A DNA stretch of 64,000 nt from an uncultured delta proteobacterium (GTDB lineage: Bacteria > Desulfobacterota > BSN033 > UBA1163), in NCBI GenBank assembly GCA_963708295.1, contig CAVPSJ010000019.1, forward strand, positions 1-64,000. Direction: 5' to 3'. Under the pieces are notes generated by a model, which was not told the DNA's origin, did no database searches, and worked only from the letters and a program-made list of their open reading frames with translations. Shown here piece by piece: positions 50,899 to 61,151 of the stretch (the stretch's first letter is position 1; the number at the start of each line of letters is the position of its first letter). The position numbers and the translations under genes were made by a program.

Positions 50899-52839
50899 AT
50901 GCACCCAGAAGAGATGAAAATCAAAATAGATGAGATCAAAAAGAGGTATCCGAATAAGTTTGCCTCCGAGGAGAAAATATTTCGTCAGATCCGGCGAGGG
51001 GACAGGATCTTCCTGGGTACGGGGTGCGGCGGGCCCCAATATCTTATCCGGGCCCTGATCAACTACGTCGAGGCCCATCCGTTGGCTCTTTGCGATGCCG
51101 AAATACTCCAGGTGTGGACCCTCGGGGTGGCTCCCTACATCGATGAAAAATTCAGCCGCAATTTTCGGCATAATGGTTTCTTCGTTGGGACCAACACCCG
51201 CGACGCGGTGAACAAGGGCACGGCCGATTACACCCCCATTTTTCTATCGCAGGTTCCGGATCTCTTCCACCAGAGGATGATCCCGATAGACGTCGCTTTG
51301 ATCCAGACGTCGCATCCGGATGATCACGGCTACTTGCGATTGGGGGTGAGCGTCGATATTGTCAAAGCCGCCGTCGAGAATGCTTCCCTGGTGATCGCTC
51401 AGGTCAACTCGAACGTGCCCCACATCCAAGGAGACGGGTTTATCGGGATGGATGACGTTGACTTCATGATCCCCTTTGATGAACCCTTGCTGGAATACGA
51501 CGGAGAGACGGATAGTGCGATTGCCCAGCAAATTGGAAAGTACGTTTCGCGTCTGGTCCAGGATGGAGACACGATTCAGGTCGGATATGGGAGCGTGCCC
51601 AACGCGATTATCGCCAATCTGGACAACAAAAAACATCTCGGCGTACACACAGAGCTGCTGAGCGATGGTGTCGTAGAATTAATGAGAAAAGGGATGGTCG
51701 ACAACACCAAGAAAAATATCGACCGCGGGAAAACGGTCGCTTCATTCTGCATGGGCAAAAAAGAAACCTATGAATATATCCATCATAATCCTGCCGTAGA
51801 ATTCAGGACGATTGATTATACGAACAATCCCTTAGTCATCGCCCGACAGAATAACATGGTAGCCATTAATAGCGCCCTGGAGATCGACCTGACAGGACAG
51901 GCCACTGCAGAATCCATTGGAAAGTTTTTTTATAGCGGTATCGGGGGGCAGACCGACTTTATGAGAAGCGCGGTTCTGGCCCGTAATGGCAAAGCTATCC
52001 TCACCCTCCCCTCCACTGCGGAGAACGGAAAAGTTTCCAGGATCGTTCCATTTTTCAAAGAAGGAGCCGGGGTCACCCTGAATCGAGGCGACGTCCATTA
52101 TGTCGTCACAGAGTTTGGGATTGCTTATCTAAAGGGAAGGAACCTTCGCGAGCGTGCCATGGAATTGATATCGATTGCTCATCCAGCCTTTCGTCCCTGG
52201 CTGATTGAAGAGGCAAAACATTCATCCCTCATCTATAAAGATCAGGCCTTTATCGCGGGAAAGGAAGGGGAGTATCCTGAGAATCTGGAAACCTATCGGA
52301 CCACAAAGGCCGGATTGGAGATCTTTTTGAGGCCCGTGAAAATAAGCGATGAGCCCTTAGTGAAAGACTTCTTCCATCGTTTTTCGAGTGATAGTCTCTA
52401 TCGACGTTTTTTTTCCAGATGGCCGGATCTCCCGCACGATTTCTTGCAGAAATTTGTGATTATTGACTATACGAAAAAAATGGTGATTCTTGCGGTAAAC
52501 CAGAAAGGGGAAAAAGAAGAAGTCATAGGGATCGGACAGTATTGGATCGAGGAGACCGCCCACACCGCAGATGTTGCCCTGGCTATCCGGGACGACTATC
52601 AAAATAAGGGAGTCGGATATCAACTCTTCTCTTACATCACCTATCTGGCAAAGAAGCAGGGGCTTCTCGGGTTCACGGCAAGCATCCTGATGGAGAATGA
52701 TCCGATGCTCCGTCTCTGCCGGAAGATGGGCTTTCACATCGAGAAGACGGGAAGCGCGGGCGTGTACGATCTAAAGATGGCATTCAGAGCAGACGCACCT
52801 CTCGAAACCGTTGACAAAAGAGCCGCTCTGGGGGAATGA
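50899..52839 (+). CDS. Acetyl-CoA hydrolase/transferase fused to a GNAT acetyltransferase
   Basis: HLGVHTE, INSALEIDLTGQ, SGIGGQTDF, VVTEFGIA; C-terminal RRFF..DDYQNKGVG. Confidence 0.92.
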   Translation: MHPEEMKIKIDEIKKRYPNKFASEEKIFRQIRRGDRIFLGTGCGGPQYLIRALINYVEAHPLALCDAEILQVWTLGVAPYIDEKFSRNFRHNGFFVGTNTRDAVNKGTADYTPIFLSQVPDLFHQRMIPIDVALIQTSHPDDHGYLRLGVSVDIVKAAVENASLVIAQVNSNVPHIQGDGFIGMDDVDFMIPFDEPLLEYDGETDSAIAQQIGKYVSRLVQDGDTIQVGYGSVPNAIIANLDNKKHLGVHTELLSDGVVELMRKGMVDNTKKNIDRGKTVASFCMGKKETYEYIHHNPAVEFRTIDYTNNPLVIARQNNMVAINSALEIDLTGQATAESIGKFFYSGIGGQTDFMRSAVLARNGKAILTLPSTAENGKVSRIVPFFKEGAGVTLNRGDVHYVVTEFGIAYLKGRNLRERAMELISIAHPAFRPWLIEEAKHSSLIYKDQAFIAGKEGEYPENLETYRTTKAGLEIFLRPVKISDEPLVKDFFHRFSSDSLYRRFFSRWPDLPHDFLQKFVIIDYTKKMVILAVNQKGEKEEVIGIGQYWIEETAHTADVALAIRDDYQNKGVGYQLFSYITYLAKKQGLLGFTASILMENDPMLRLCRKMGFHIEKTGSAGVYDLKMAFRADAPLETVDKRAALGE

Positions 52840-53540
52840 AAAGACGGGCAGTGGACCACCCCAAAATCTTTGACCTTCTGAAACTACGTAACCGAATCCG
52901 GGTATTTCGGGACAGGGCCTCGGCAGGCAAGGTGCTCGCAGGCATGCTCGAGGAATTCCGGAGCAGCCATGCCATGGTGATGGGTATTCCAGCCGGAGGC
53001 ATTGCCGTCGCTGTTGCGATTGCACGAGAGTTACATCTTCCTTTGGACATCGCCGCTGTGAGTAAGATCACCCTGCCCTGGAACTCAGAAGCCGGTTACG
53101 GCGCTGTCGCCTTTGATGGGACGGTGATGCTGAATGAAGACCTTTTGTCACGGTTGAACCTCAGCGAACAGGAAATCCAAACAGGAATTAAAAAGACAGA
53201 GCAAAAGGTCTCCCGGCGAGTGACGATGTTCAGGGGGGACCGCCCCCTGCCCGATTTCAAGCGTCCGATCCTTCTGGTGGACGATGGGCTGGCTTCCGGA
53301 TTCACGCTCCGTGTCGCCATTAAAGCCTTACGCCGGAACGGTGCCACGAATCTCATCCTCGCCATCCCCACCGCCCATTCAGAGTCCGTGCAGATGATTT
53401 TGGAAGAGATTGAAGCGATTTACTGTCCCAACTTAAGAAGCGGCCTCTCCTTTGCTGTGGCCGACGCCTATGAAGAGTGGAGCGATTTGGACGAGCAGGA
53501 AGTCATTCGAATCCTCCAAGAATTTACCTCGGGTAATTAA
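52836..53540 (+). CDS. Phosphoribosyltransferase-family protein
   Basis: FRDRASAG, GIPAGG, LLVDDGLASGFT. Confidence 0.9.
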   Translation: MKRRAVDHPKIFDLLKLRNRIRVFRDRASAGKVLAGMLEEFRSSHAMVMGIPAGGIAVAVAIARELHLPLDIAAVSKITLPWNSEAGYGAVAFDGTVMLNEDLLSRLNLSEQEIQTGIKKTEQKVSRRVTMFRGDRPLPDFKRPILLVDDGLASGFTLRVAIKALRRNGATNLILAIPTAHSESVQMILEEIEAIYCPNLRSGLSFAVADAYEEWSDLDEQEVIRILQEFTSGN

Positions 53541-53632
53541 CGCCCCATTCTATTGAAGTCCAAGAAAGGATGTTATAATAGGGTCGTTTATCCCTTTATG
53601 GAAATCCGGGTTGCAAACGGTTAATCTCTTTC

Positions 53633-54769
53633 ATGCTGAGAACCAAATTCCATGACATTTTTCAAACAAAGCTGCCCATCATCCAGGCTGGAATGGGCCC
53701 TTATGATACCACCCTGCTTGCTGGCGCGGTCTCCAAAGCGGGAGGGATAGGGCTCATCTCGACGGTTGGCATGGGTTCCTTTGACATCCCTAGCCTCGGA
53801 CAGTTCCACTACTCGGCCATATTTGGCGAAGGTACTCCTGAAGAGCGTCTGGAGCGTTCTATAAACCATGTTCTGGCTGCAACTGAAGAAGCCCCGTGGG
53901 CCCGGTTTGGGGTCAATGTCCCGGTTTCAGAAGAATTTATCCCCACCGCTTCCAGATTAATCCGCTATGTTATGAGCAGAGTCAAAAGCGACCCTATCGC
54001 TAAAGAAAAAGTGAAAGTGATAGTGACTTCCGCGGGCGATCCCTTACCGTGGTCTAAATTTCCCGGATCCAAGAGAGTTGCAGAATCCATTGCCATTAAA
54101 GATGAGAACCCTGACATCATGTGGGTCCATGTCGTGCCGTCGGTCAGGGCAGCATTACGGTGCGTCAAAGCCGGTGTCGATGTGATCGTGGCGTCGGGCC
54201 GTGAAGGAGGAGCCCACTGCAGCTGGCGAGATACGAGTACGATGGTCCTTCTCCCAGAAGTCGTTAAGCGTGTTTCCCCCACTCCGGTGGTTGCGGCGGG
54301 TGGATTTGCGGACGGAGTCTCAATGGCTGCAGCCTTTGCTATGGGGGCCATCGGAGTCCAGATGGGAACCCGGTTTATCGCGACAACAGAAAGCGACTTT
54401 GAGCAAGTTTGGAAAGACTTGGTCGTTAAAAGCACGGAAGAGGATGCCCTGGTGGCCCGGGGATTTTTCGGACCGATGCGGTTCTTAAGAAACCGCCGCG
54501 CCCTGGAATTGGTCGATGCCACGATACGCGGAACACCGGACCTCTATAAGGGCAATCCATGTGGGTCGACCCAGGAGCTCCTCGAATTAGAAATTGGCGG
54601 ATTGAATAATCTCTTCCAGGGCAAAATCGATGAGGCTGCTGTTTTAGGGGGAGCCGTGGCTGGACGTGTCCACGACATTCCTTCGGTGCAAGAACTTTGT
54701 GACCGGATCATGAAAGAAGCCGAGGCCACGATCAGAAACCTTAGATCCTTGCTGGTCCAAAAGGAATAA
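53633..54769 (+). CDS. Nitronate monooxygenase/FabK-family flavoprotein
   Basis: PIIQAGMG, GREGGAH, VVAAGGFADG, GVQMGTRF. Confidence 0.9.
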   Translation: MLRTKFHDIFQTKLPIIQAGMGPYDTTLLAGAVSKAGGIGLISTVGMGSFDIPSLGQFHYSAIFGEGTPEERLERSINHVLAATEEAPWARFGVNVPVSEEFIPTASRLIRYVMSRVKSDPIAKEKVKVIVTSAGDPLPWSKFPGSKRVAESIAIKDENPDIMWVHVVPSVRAALRCVKAGVDVIVASGREGGAHCSWRDTSTMVLLPEVVKRVSPTPVVAAGGFADGVSMAAAFAMGAIGVQMGTRFIATTESDFEQVWKDLVVKSTEEDALVARGFFGPMRFLRNRRALELVDATIRGTPDLYKGNPCGSTQELLELEIGGLNNLFQGKIDEAAVLGGAVAGRVHDIPSVQELCDRIMKEAEATIRNLRSLLVQKE

Positions 54770-54796
54770 AGACTCCTAAATAGATACAAAAGCCTT

Positions 54797-54824
54797 GTAG
54801 GGGACGCATATATGCGTTCCCTGC
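54797..54824. repeat. GTAG-type REP palindrome
   Basis: GTAGGGGACGCATA/TATGCGTTCCCTGC. Confidence 0.6.
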
Positions 54825-54907
54825 TGTGCCGTCGAGACGATGAGGCGGCCGGATGATCCCGCGAAGCGCGGGACAGATGGGTGTTTTTCAGCAGCCTAGT
54901 CATTCCC

Positions 54908-55941
54908 GTGAATGCCATTCTTGACTTGGGTATCGATTTCATCGCCGGACTTCAAGCCAGCGCTCCATGGCTTGAAGCTCCGTCCCGGTTCTTCAGCTCC
55001 CTGGGCACTGAAGAGTTCTACCTGCTCATTCTGCCCTTCCTCTACTGGTGTGTGGATGTCCGCCTGGGCCTGCGCATCAGTGTCATCTTGAGCATGTCCG
55101 AGAGCCTCAACAGTTTTTTCAAATTCGTCTTTCACCAGGCCCGGCCCTACTGGGTGAGCGATAAAGTGCGGGCGATCAAACCCGAAGCTTCATACGGCCT
55201 TCCGTCCGGCCATGCTCAACACGCCGTGACTGTCTGGGGATCAATGGCTGCACAAGGCAAGGGCTGGCTGCGCTGGCTGATGGCGGCGCTCATTTTTCTC
55301 ATCGGCTTTTCGCGCATCGCCCTTGCGCTTCACTTTCCAACGGATGTGCTGGCCGGTTGGTTGATCGGCGGCGTGATCCTGTGGGCATTCGTGAAATGGG
55401 AAACGGCCGTGATGGCCTGGTTCAATCGCTTCACACAGGTACAGAAAATCGGCCTGGCCTTTGCTGCCTCGATGCTGCTGCTCATCATCTCGCTGGTTGG
55501 ACTGGCCTTCGTGCCCCTTCCTGACACGCCTCAATCGGGGTCTGCTGCCGCACGGGCCTTTTCGCTTGCACCGGACAAATCAGCCATCTGGGCACGTGCC
55601 GCAGCAGGCACGGTCGGCGTCGCGGGACGTTTTTTGGTCTTGTGGCCGGAGCCATCCTGATCTTTCAGCGAGGCGGATTTGACCCGCGCGGCACGTGGTC
55701 GAAACGCCTTATGCGCTTTGCACTGGGCATGATCGGCGTAGCAATCCTATGGTTCGGACTGCGCATGGTATTCCCCCGTGACGCATCGTTCGTTTCTCAA
55801 GTGCTTCGTTACCTACGCTGCGCCCTCACCGGCTTCTGGGTCGCCTACGCCGCCCCATGGGTGTTCATCGAATTAGGGCTACAAAACAGTACTAATGTTC
55901 CCGGGCAACCCGCACCAACCCTCCCTGCCGCAATATTTTGA
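54908..55941 (+). CDS. PAP2-family membrane phosphatase; frameshift near 55630
   Basis: KFVFHQARP, PSGH, SRIALALHFPTDV; TM tail in ORF 55642-55941. Confidence 0.88.
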
Positions 55942-56128
55942 CCGGCCGATTTTTAGGAAAATGAGGATAACTTCCTATAATTCATTTTTGACATTCCCTA
56001 CCAAAAAGTGTAGATTTCATCCCGCTATACGTTGATTTCGAGTACCTTTTTTATATCTTTACTCAATCGACTTATTTGTTTGACAGAGCCAATGGCTATT
56101 GATATAGGTATTACTGAAAATAGCTCAC

Positions 56129-56213
56129 CCGGTAAAGCTAAACCCTTCGTGAGAAGAGGGGCAAAAGCATGGGTCTATTAATCAAGAGATTTCCAAGCTG
56201 CCTTTCGTACCGG
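56129..56213 (+). promoter_or_regulatory. c-di-GMP-I (GEMM)-like riboswitch
   Basis: GCTAAACC-CTTC-GTGA-GAAG..CAAAAG..GGGTCT..GCTGCC within a CCGGTA/TACCGG stem; downstream of TTGACA promoters (55988, 56080), upstream of ATG 56249. Confidence 0.6.
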
Positions 56214-56248
56214 TAGCCTTACATTAGGTCTCAGAGAGGAGGTTAGAT

Positions 56249-58246
56249 ATGAAAACCAGAAAGAAGTTGCTCATAATGGTTGGGGCTTTTCTATTTTTCT
56301 TAGGCCTATACACGTTTAGCGGTTACACTGCGTTTGCGGCACAGAATGGGGTTACGCCAGGAGAGTTTGTTGTTGAACCTTCAACTCTTATTAGCCTTGG
56401 GTTTGAATGGTATATCCAAGGTGATGATAACCGTAATGGAACAGTGGAGGTTTGGTATAATAAAAAGGGGGAGGGTAATCGGAAAAAGGCATTGCCTCTT
56501 GTTCGCATCAAAAATGAAGTATCGAAGAGCAGATATGGGAGGTTTAACACGACGGTCGGGGAGTGGAATTATGTCGCTCCAAACATGTTTGCTGGGAGCA
56601 TATTCGATTTGGAGCCTGATACAGAGTATGAATGCCTTTTTGTTATGTCAGATCCGGACGGCGTCACTGGGAACCCGTCCCAAAAGGTAAGTGTCCGTAC
56701 CCGCGCCGAGCCAAAACCTTTCGCAGGTGGAAACATTTATCATGTATATCCCCTTGAATATAAGGGTCCCAAACTACAGCCGGCCTTTACAGGGCTACTG
56801 GATGCTTATTACACTGGTTATGCCCATTATGATTGGAACAAAGCTTCCCCACCCCGTGTGGTGCCAGGCGATTCTATCCTGATACATGCGGGCGTTTACA
56901 AAGATGATCGATTTCGCTACTTATTTGGTTATGGTGATGTCTTTGATGGAACATACTATTTAACTGCCAGCGGAACAGCCGAAAAGCCAATTGCGATAAA
57001 GGCTGCAGGTGACGGGGAGGTCATTTTCGATGGCGGTGGCTGTCACAATCTCTTCAATGTTATGGGCGCAAATTATAATTACTTTGAGGGCCTTACCATC
57101 CGTAACACCAATGTCGCTTTTTGGGCAGGGATTAAGAATGTAGGTGGTTCTAGTGGCTTGACAGTCAAGAGATGCCGCTTTGAAGATGTCGGCGCAGGCG
57201 TCTGGACTGAGTATTCAGGATCAAAGAACTTTTATATCGCTGACAACGTGATGATCGGAAGGGAAGACCCGGGTTATCTGATGGGATGGATTAGTCCACC
57301 ATGGGATAAACTCCCCGGCTATCCCGCCCCGTTAACCTCTTACTTTGGGGTTAAGGTCTACGGGTCGGGTCACGTTGTTTGCTACAATTACGTTACCCGT
57401 TTCCATGATGGAATAACCTTTGATACATATGGATTGCCGGATGGCTATCCAAATGTACCACGGGACAGGATGCCTGTTTCAAATGACTTCTACAATAACG
57501 ACCTTTCTCATTTTGCCGACAATTGTATGGAAGCCGATGGTTCGATGCACAACATGCGTGTCTTCCGCAACCGTTGTATGAACAGCACTCAACAGGCTAC
57601 GAGCAATCAGCCCACCTTCGCCGGACCAACGTATCATATTCGGAATATCACGTACAATAACTGGAATGGGTCAGTAAAATGGCATTACTCGCAAGGTGGG
57701 ATTTATTATCACAATACATTCTGTTCTGGTGCAACCGTTCTAAGTACAGGGGGAAGTACTCCGGGTGCAAACTTCCATTTCCGGAATAACCTCATTCTTG
57801 GACAGAATCCGTCTGGAACAGTTTTCGAAATGGGGACCTTTACTAATTACTCGACATCCGACTATAACGGGTTCCGTCCCAACGATAAGGCACAGTATTC
57901 TTTCCAATGGGATTCTCCCCCGTTTAACATCTCAGCGGACTACATCAACCCACTGGCGGTACGCCAGTTTCCAACGCTTGCGGCATACAGTCAAGGCACA
58001 GGTCAAGACGCTCATAGCATCCTGGTGGATTGGGATATATTTACAAAGGTATCACCGATAGATTATTCCAATCCCCGATTGGTTTATAATCCTGCGAACT
58101 ATGATTTTACGCTTAAACCAAATGCCAAAGCAGTTGACGCTGGAGCTATCCTTCCCAACGTCAGTGATAATTTTACGGGGAAAGCACCAGATCTTGGGGC
58201 CTTAGAGGTTGGGTTACCCATGCCTCATTATGGACCCCGACCGTGA
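56249..58246 (+). CDS. Secreted right-handed parallel beta-helix protein (polysaccharide lyase-like)
   Basis: Signal peptide; GSIFDLEPDTEY, PGDSILIHAGVY, SGTAEKPIAIKAAGDGEVIFDG, AVDAG..APDLGALE. Confidence 0.85.
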   Translation: MKTRKKLLIMVGAFLFFLGLYTFSGYTAFAAQNGVTPGEFVVEPSTLISLGFEWYIQGDDNRNGTVEVWYNKKGEGNRKKALPLVRIKNEVSKSRYGRFNTTVGEWNYVAPNMFAGSIFDLEPDTEYECLFVMSDPDGVTGNPSQKVSVRTRAEPKPFAGGNIYHVYPLEYKGPKLQPAFTGLLDAYYTGYAHYDWNKASPPRVVPGDSILIHAGVYKDDRFRYLFGYGDVFDGTYYLTASGTAEKPIAIKAAGDGEVIFDGGGCHNLFNVMGANYNYFEGLTIRNTNVAFWAGIKNVGGSSGLTVKRCRFEDVGAGVWTEYSGSKNFYIADNVMIGREDPGYLMGWISPPWDKLPGYPAPLTSYFGVKVYGSGHVVCYNYVTRFHDGITFDTYGLPDGYPNVPRDRMPVSNDFYNNDLSHFADNCMEADGSMHNMRVFRNRCMNSTQQATSNQPTFAGPTYHIRNITYNNWNGSVKWHYSQGGIYYHNTFCSGATVLSTGGSTPGANFHFRNNLILGQNPSGTVFEMGTFTNYSTSDYNGFRPNDKAQYSFQWDSPPFNISADYINPLAVRQFPTLAAYSQGTGQDAHSILVDWDIFTKVSPIDYSNPRLVYNPANYDFTLKPNAKAVDAGAILPNVSDNFTGKAPDLGALEVGLPMPHYGPRP

Positions 58247-58269
58247 TTTATCTAGAATGAATTATGGAC

Positions 58270-58303
58270 AAGGGCAGAGCCAGAAATGGCTCTGCCCTTT
58301 TTT
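58270..58303 (+). terminator. Intrinsic terminator
   Basis: AAGGGCAGAGCCA-GAAA-TGGCTCTGCCCTT-TTTT. Confidence 0.88.
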
Positions 58304-58574
58304 CTTCCGAAGAGTACTTCCTGTAGTCCCCAAGTCAACAATCTATATCTCCATACTAGATTTCAAATAATAATCCTTCAAAGATTATTTTCAAACCCCA
58401 TTTGTGATCTCAAATCTCCGTCCTCCATTATTGCCATTGGGAATAGGCCTCTTTATGACATGGTCAGGCATTATTTTATTGAATACACTTGAACTAGGAT
58501 ATCAAATAGCTTAAAGAAAGAAGAAAGTTTCTCTATCAAAGGGTACCATCACAAAAAGAAAAGGAGCCCCTCAA

Positions 58575-60554
58575 TTGACACAGTCTGAACCAGAAAAGGC
58601 TACTTATAATAATGCGTCCGTAGAAATACGTTTTGATTACAAGACAAATCTGTTTCTTGCTGTTCTTGCTTTATATCTCTTCATCGCTACTTGCTTCAAT
58701 ATCAATGGTTCTTCCGTGGGGATGTGGGGCCCATCCCTTGGTTCTTCCACGGGGATATGGAGCCCAAACTTTCCCAATCTCTTTGGAACCTCCAGAAATA
58801 TCAGAATTGATGAGTGGGCATTCCACACCCCTGCGATCTTGAGTCAGTGTAATAGCATCCCTCCTTTTCCGATTGAAAACTACTCTCTTGGTGGATATCG
58901 AGCCCCTCTGGTCATGAGTGTACCCGTCAAACATTTCAGCACCTTCTTAAGACCCCAATTCTGGCTCTTCTTTCTTGTGGGCACAGAAAGGGCTTTTGCT
59001 TTTTACTGGAGCATGAAACTTGTGTTTTTGATGGGAGGGGTTTTTCTTCTGCTCATGATGATCCTCGAGAACAATTTCGTCATATCTCTGTTTGGTGCAT
59101 TATGGGTCTGTTTCTCAGGCTACATTCAGTGGTGGTACTCGTCTCCGGCGGAGTGGCCTGAACTGGTTGGATGCTTTGCGCTCTTTACCACAGCACTTGT
59201 ACAGATCCTTGTCTCAAAGCGGAAGGTGATCATTGTCCTGTCGTCTCTTGTCTTTCTCATGTCTTTTTTCAATTTCGTTGCCTCTTTGTATCCTCCTCAC
59301 CAGGTGCCCCTCGTATACCTAAGTTGTTGCATTGTGATGGGAGTGCTCTTAACAAGATTTAGGTCTGTACTTTCTGAGCTATGGATGAATCCGTTCCGAC
59401 TGACCTTCGTCGTTCTCACATTCGTGCTTACAGCGGGATTACTCTTTCTCTTCTATTGCGACGCCCAATACACGTTGAAGGTGTTTGCCGATACGGTGTA
59501 TCCGGGCTTGAGACGTTTCACAGGAGGAGAAATATCCATTGCAAAAATCTTCAATGGTTTTTTTGGGATCTTTATGTCCGAGAGGAATTTCCCCAGGATT
59601 TGGGGTAACGTATGCGAATCAAGCAACTTCTTTCTCTTTTTTCCAGTTCCGATGATGCTTTTCGGTTGGGAATGGCTACGGCAAAAGAAAGTTTACCCTT
59701 TAAATGCCGGATTCGCTATATACATTGCGATCATTCTGGTTTGGTTAATTTGGGGGTTTCCGAAGCCAGTTGCTCAAGTCACATTATTTGATAGAGTTTT
59801 TGAAACAAGGTCATTGCTGTCACTCGGAATAGCCAGTATCATCTGGACTTGCCTGTTCTTGCATAGAATTACAAAAGAGAATACTGTTTATACATTGAAA
59901 TTCAAGATTTCTGTCACAGCAATTATGTTTATAGGAGTATTAATTTATGCATTTTATTTCAATGTTGTCGCCAAAAGCTTTGCATCGGTTTTCCAGATAA
60001 TAATTGTCTGTGCGTTTGTTCCTGTCGCCAGTTTCTTATTGCTTGGCAGAAAGGCCCTGTTATTTGCAGGACTGATCCTTATTCCTAACATCATGGTTCA
60101 TAGTATGGTCAATCCAATACGCATAGGCTTAAAACCGATACTAAACCATCCATTATACGAAAAAATCAATCACATTGTTCGCCAGGCCCCCGATGCGAAA
60201 TGGATTGTATACCTTCCCCCGATGACGAGGAGACCGCTTCTTGCAAATTTCACATATGCTGTGGGAGCAAGGGTTTTTAATGGGTTGAAGTACATACCCA
60301 ATCTTGATGAAATGAAAGAGTTAAGTTCTAAAAATAATGATATCGAAATTTACAATCGTCATGGTTACATTTCTCTGTCACCTGTAAGAGGATCAGAAAT
60401 CAGTTTTAGTTTATCAGACACGCCTGACCTTTACATGATTTCAGTAGATCCAGAGAACGATTGTTGGAAACGATTAGGGATCACATACTGTTTGTTGCCT
60501 TCTCCCGAGGGAATTTACCTTAATAAGTACCCGACAAGCCTTAATCGGCAATGA
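58575..60554 (+). CDS. Polytopic membrane protein, probable GT-C-type glycosyltransferase
   Basis: Many TM helices, first-loop RIDEW acidic motif, YPPHQVP, TVYPGLR. Confidence 0.7.
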   Translation: MTQSEPEKATYNNASVEIRFDYKTNLFLAVLALYLFIATCFNINGSSVGMWGPSLGSSTGIWSPNFPNLFGTSRNIRIDEWAFHTPAILSQCNSIPPFPIENYSLGGYRAPLVMSVPVKHFSTFLRPQFWLFFLVGTERAFAFYWSMKLVFLMGGVFLLLMMILENNFVISLFGALWVCFSGYIQWWYSSPAEWPELVGCFALFTTALVQILVSKRKVIIVLSSLVFLMSFFNFVASLYPPHQVPLVYLSCCIVMGVLLTRFRSVLSELWMNPFRLTFVVLTFVLTAGLLFLFYCDAQYTLKVFADTVYPGLRRFTGGEISIAKIFNGFFGIFMSERNFPRIWGNVCESSNFFLFFPVPMMLFGWEWLRQKKVYPLNAGFAIYIAIILVWLIWGFPKPVAQVTLFDRVFETRSLLSLGIASIIWTCLFLHRITKENTVYTLKFKISVTAIMFIGVLIYAFYFNVVAKSFASVFQIIIVCAFVPVASFLLLGRKALLFAGLILIPNIMVHSMVNPIRIGLKPILNHPLYEKINHIVRQAPDAKWIVYLPPMTRRPLLANFTYAVGARVFNGLKYIPNLDEMKELSSKNNDIEIYNRHGYISLSPVRGSEISFSLSDTPDLYMISVDPENDCWKRLGITYCLLPSPEGIYLNKYPTSLNRQ

Positions 60555-61151
60555 GAGATCGCCGTTTCTTGTGAAAACTTGTGGGCAAAAACGAAGAATC
60601 CTTTTCTCAAGGCCCCTTCCAGAAGCCTCGTTCTCGGCATCTTCTTGCCCGATGCAACATTTCAATCGGAAATCATAAACCCTTGATGTAGATCGATACC
60701 CACTCTTTGTAGGTGTTATAAATAAGTCATTTAATGGTCTATCTTCGGGGGAAATACTATTAGTTCTTCAACAAGAAGATCGGAAACCAAAATGGAAGAA
60801 CAACTCTCATTCAGAGTCAGTTTCAACAATCAACAGGACTTTGTTGTCAAGAGTTGAGGCTAGGCCCGGAGGAGTTCCCATGGGCTGAAATGCAATCCAA
60901 AGGTACCTCTTCAATTGAAGCTCTCCTCTGATTTACGTAACATCAATCCTTCGTAAGAGCATACAGAATCTTTGCCCCAAAAGAATCCTTTTCCTGCCGA
61001 TCCAATCCCTAGATGGGAGCGCGACTTTTTTGAAATTCTTACTTCCAAAACTTATGGGCGTGGTATAAAATATGAACCATAGGGGAAAGCTCTGGGGTTT
61101 GGTGAGAATATCTTCATAAACCTTTTAATAAATAATGGGAAAGGAGCAGCC

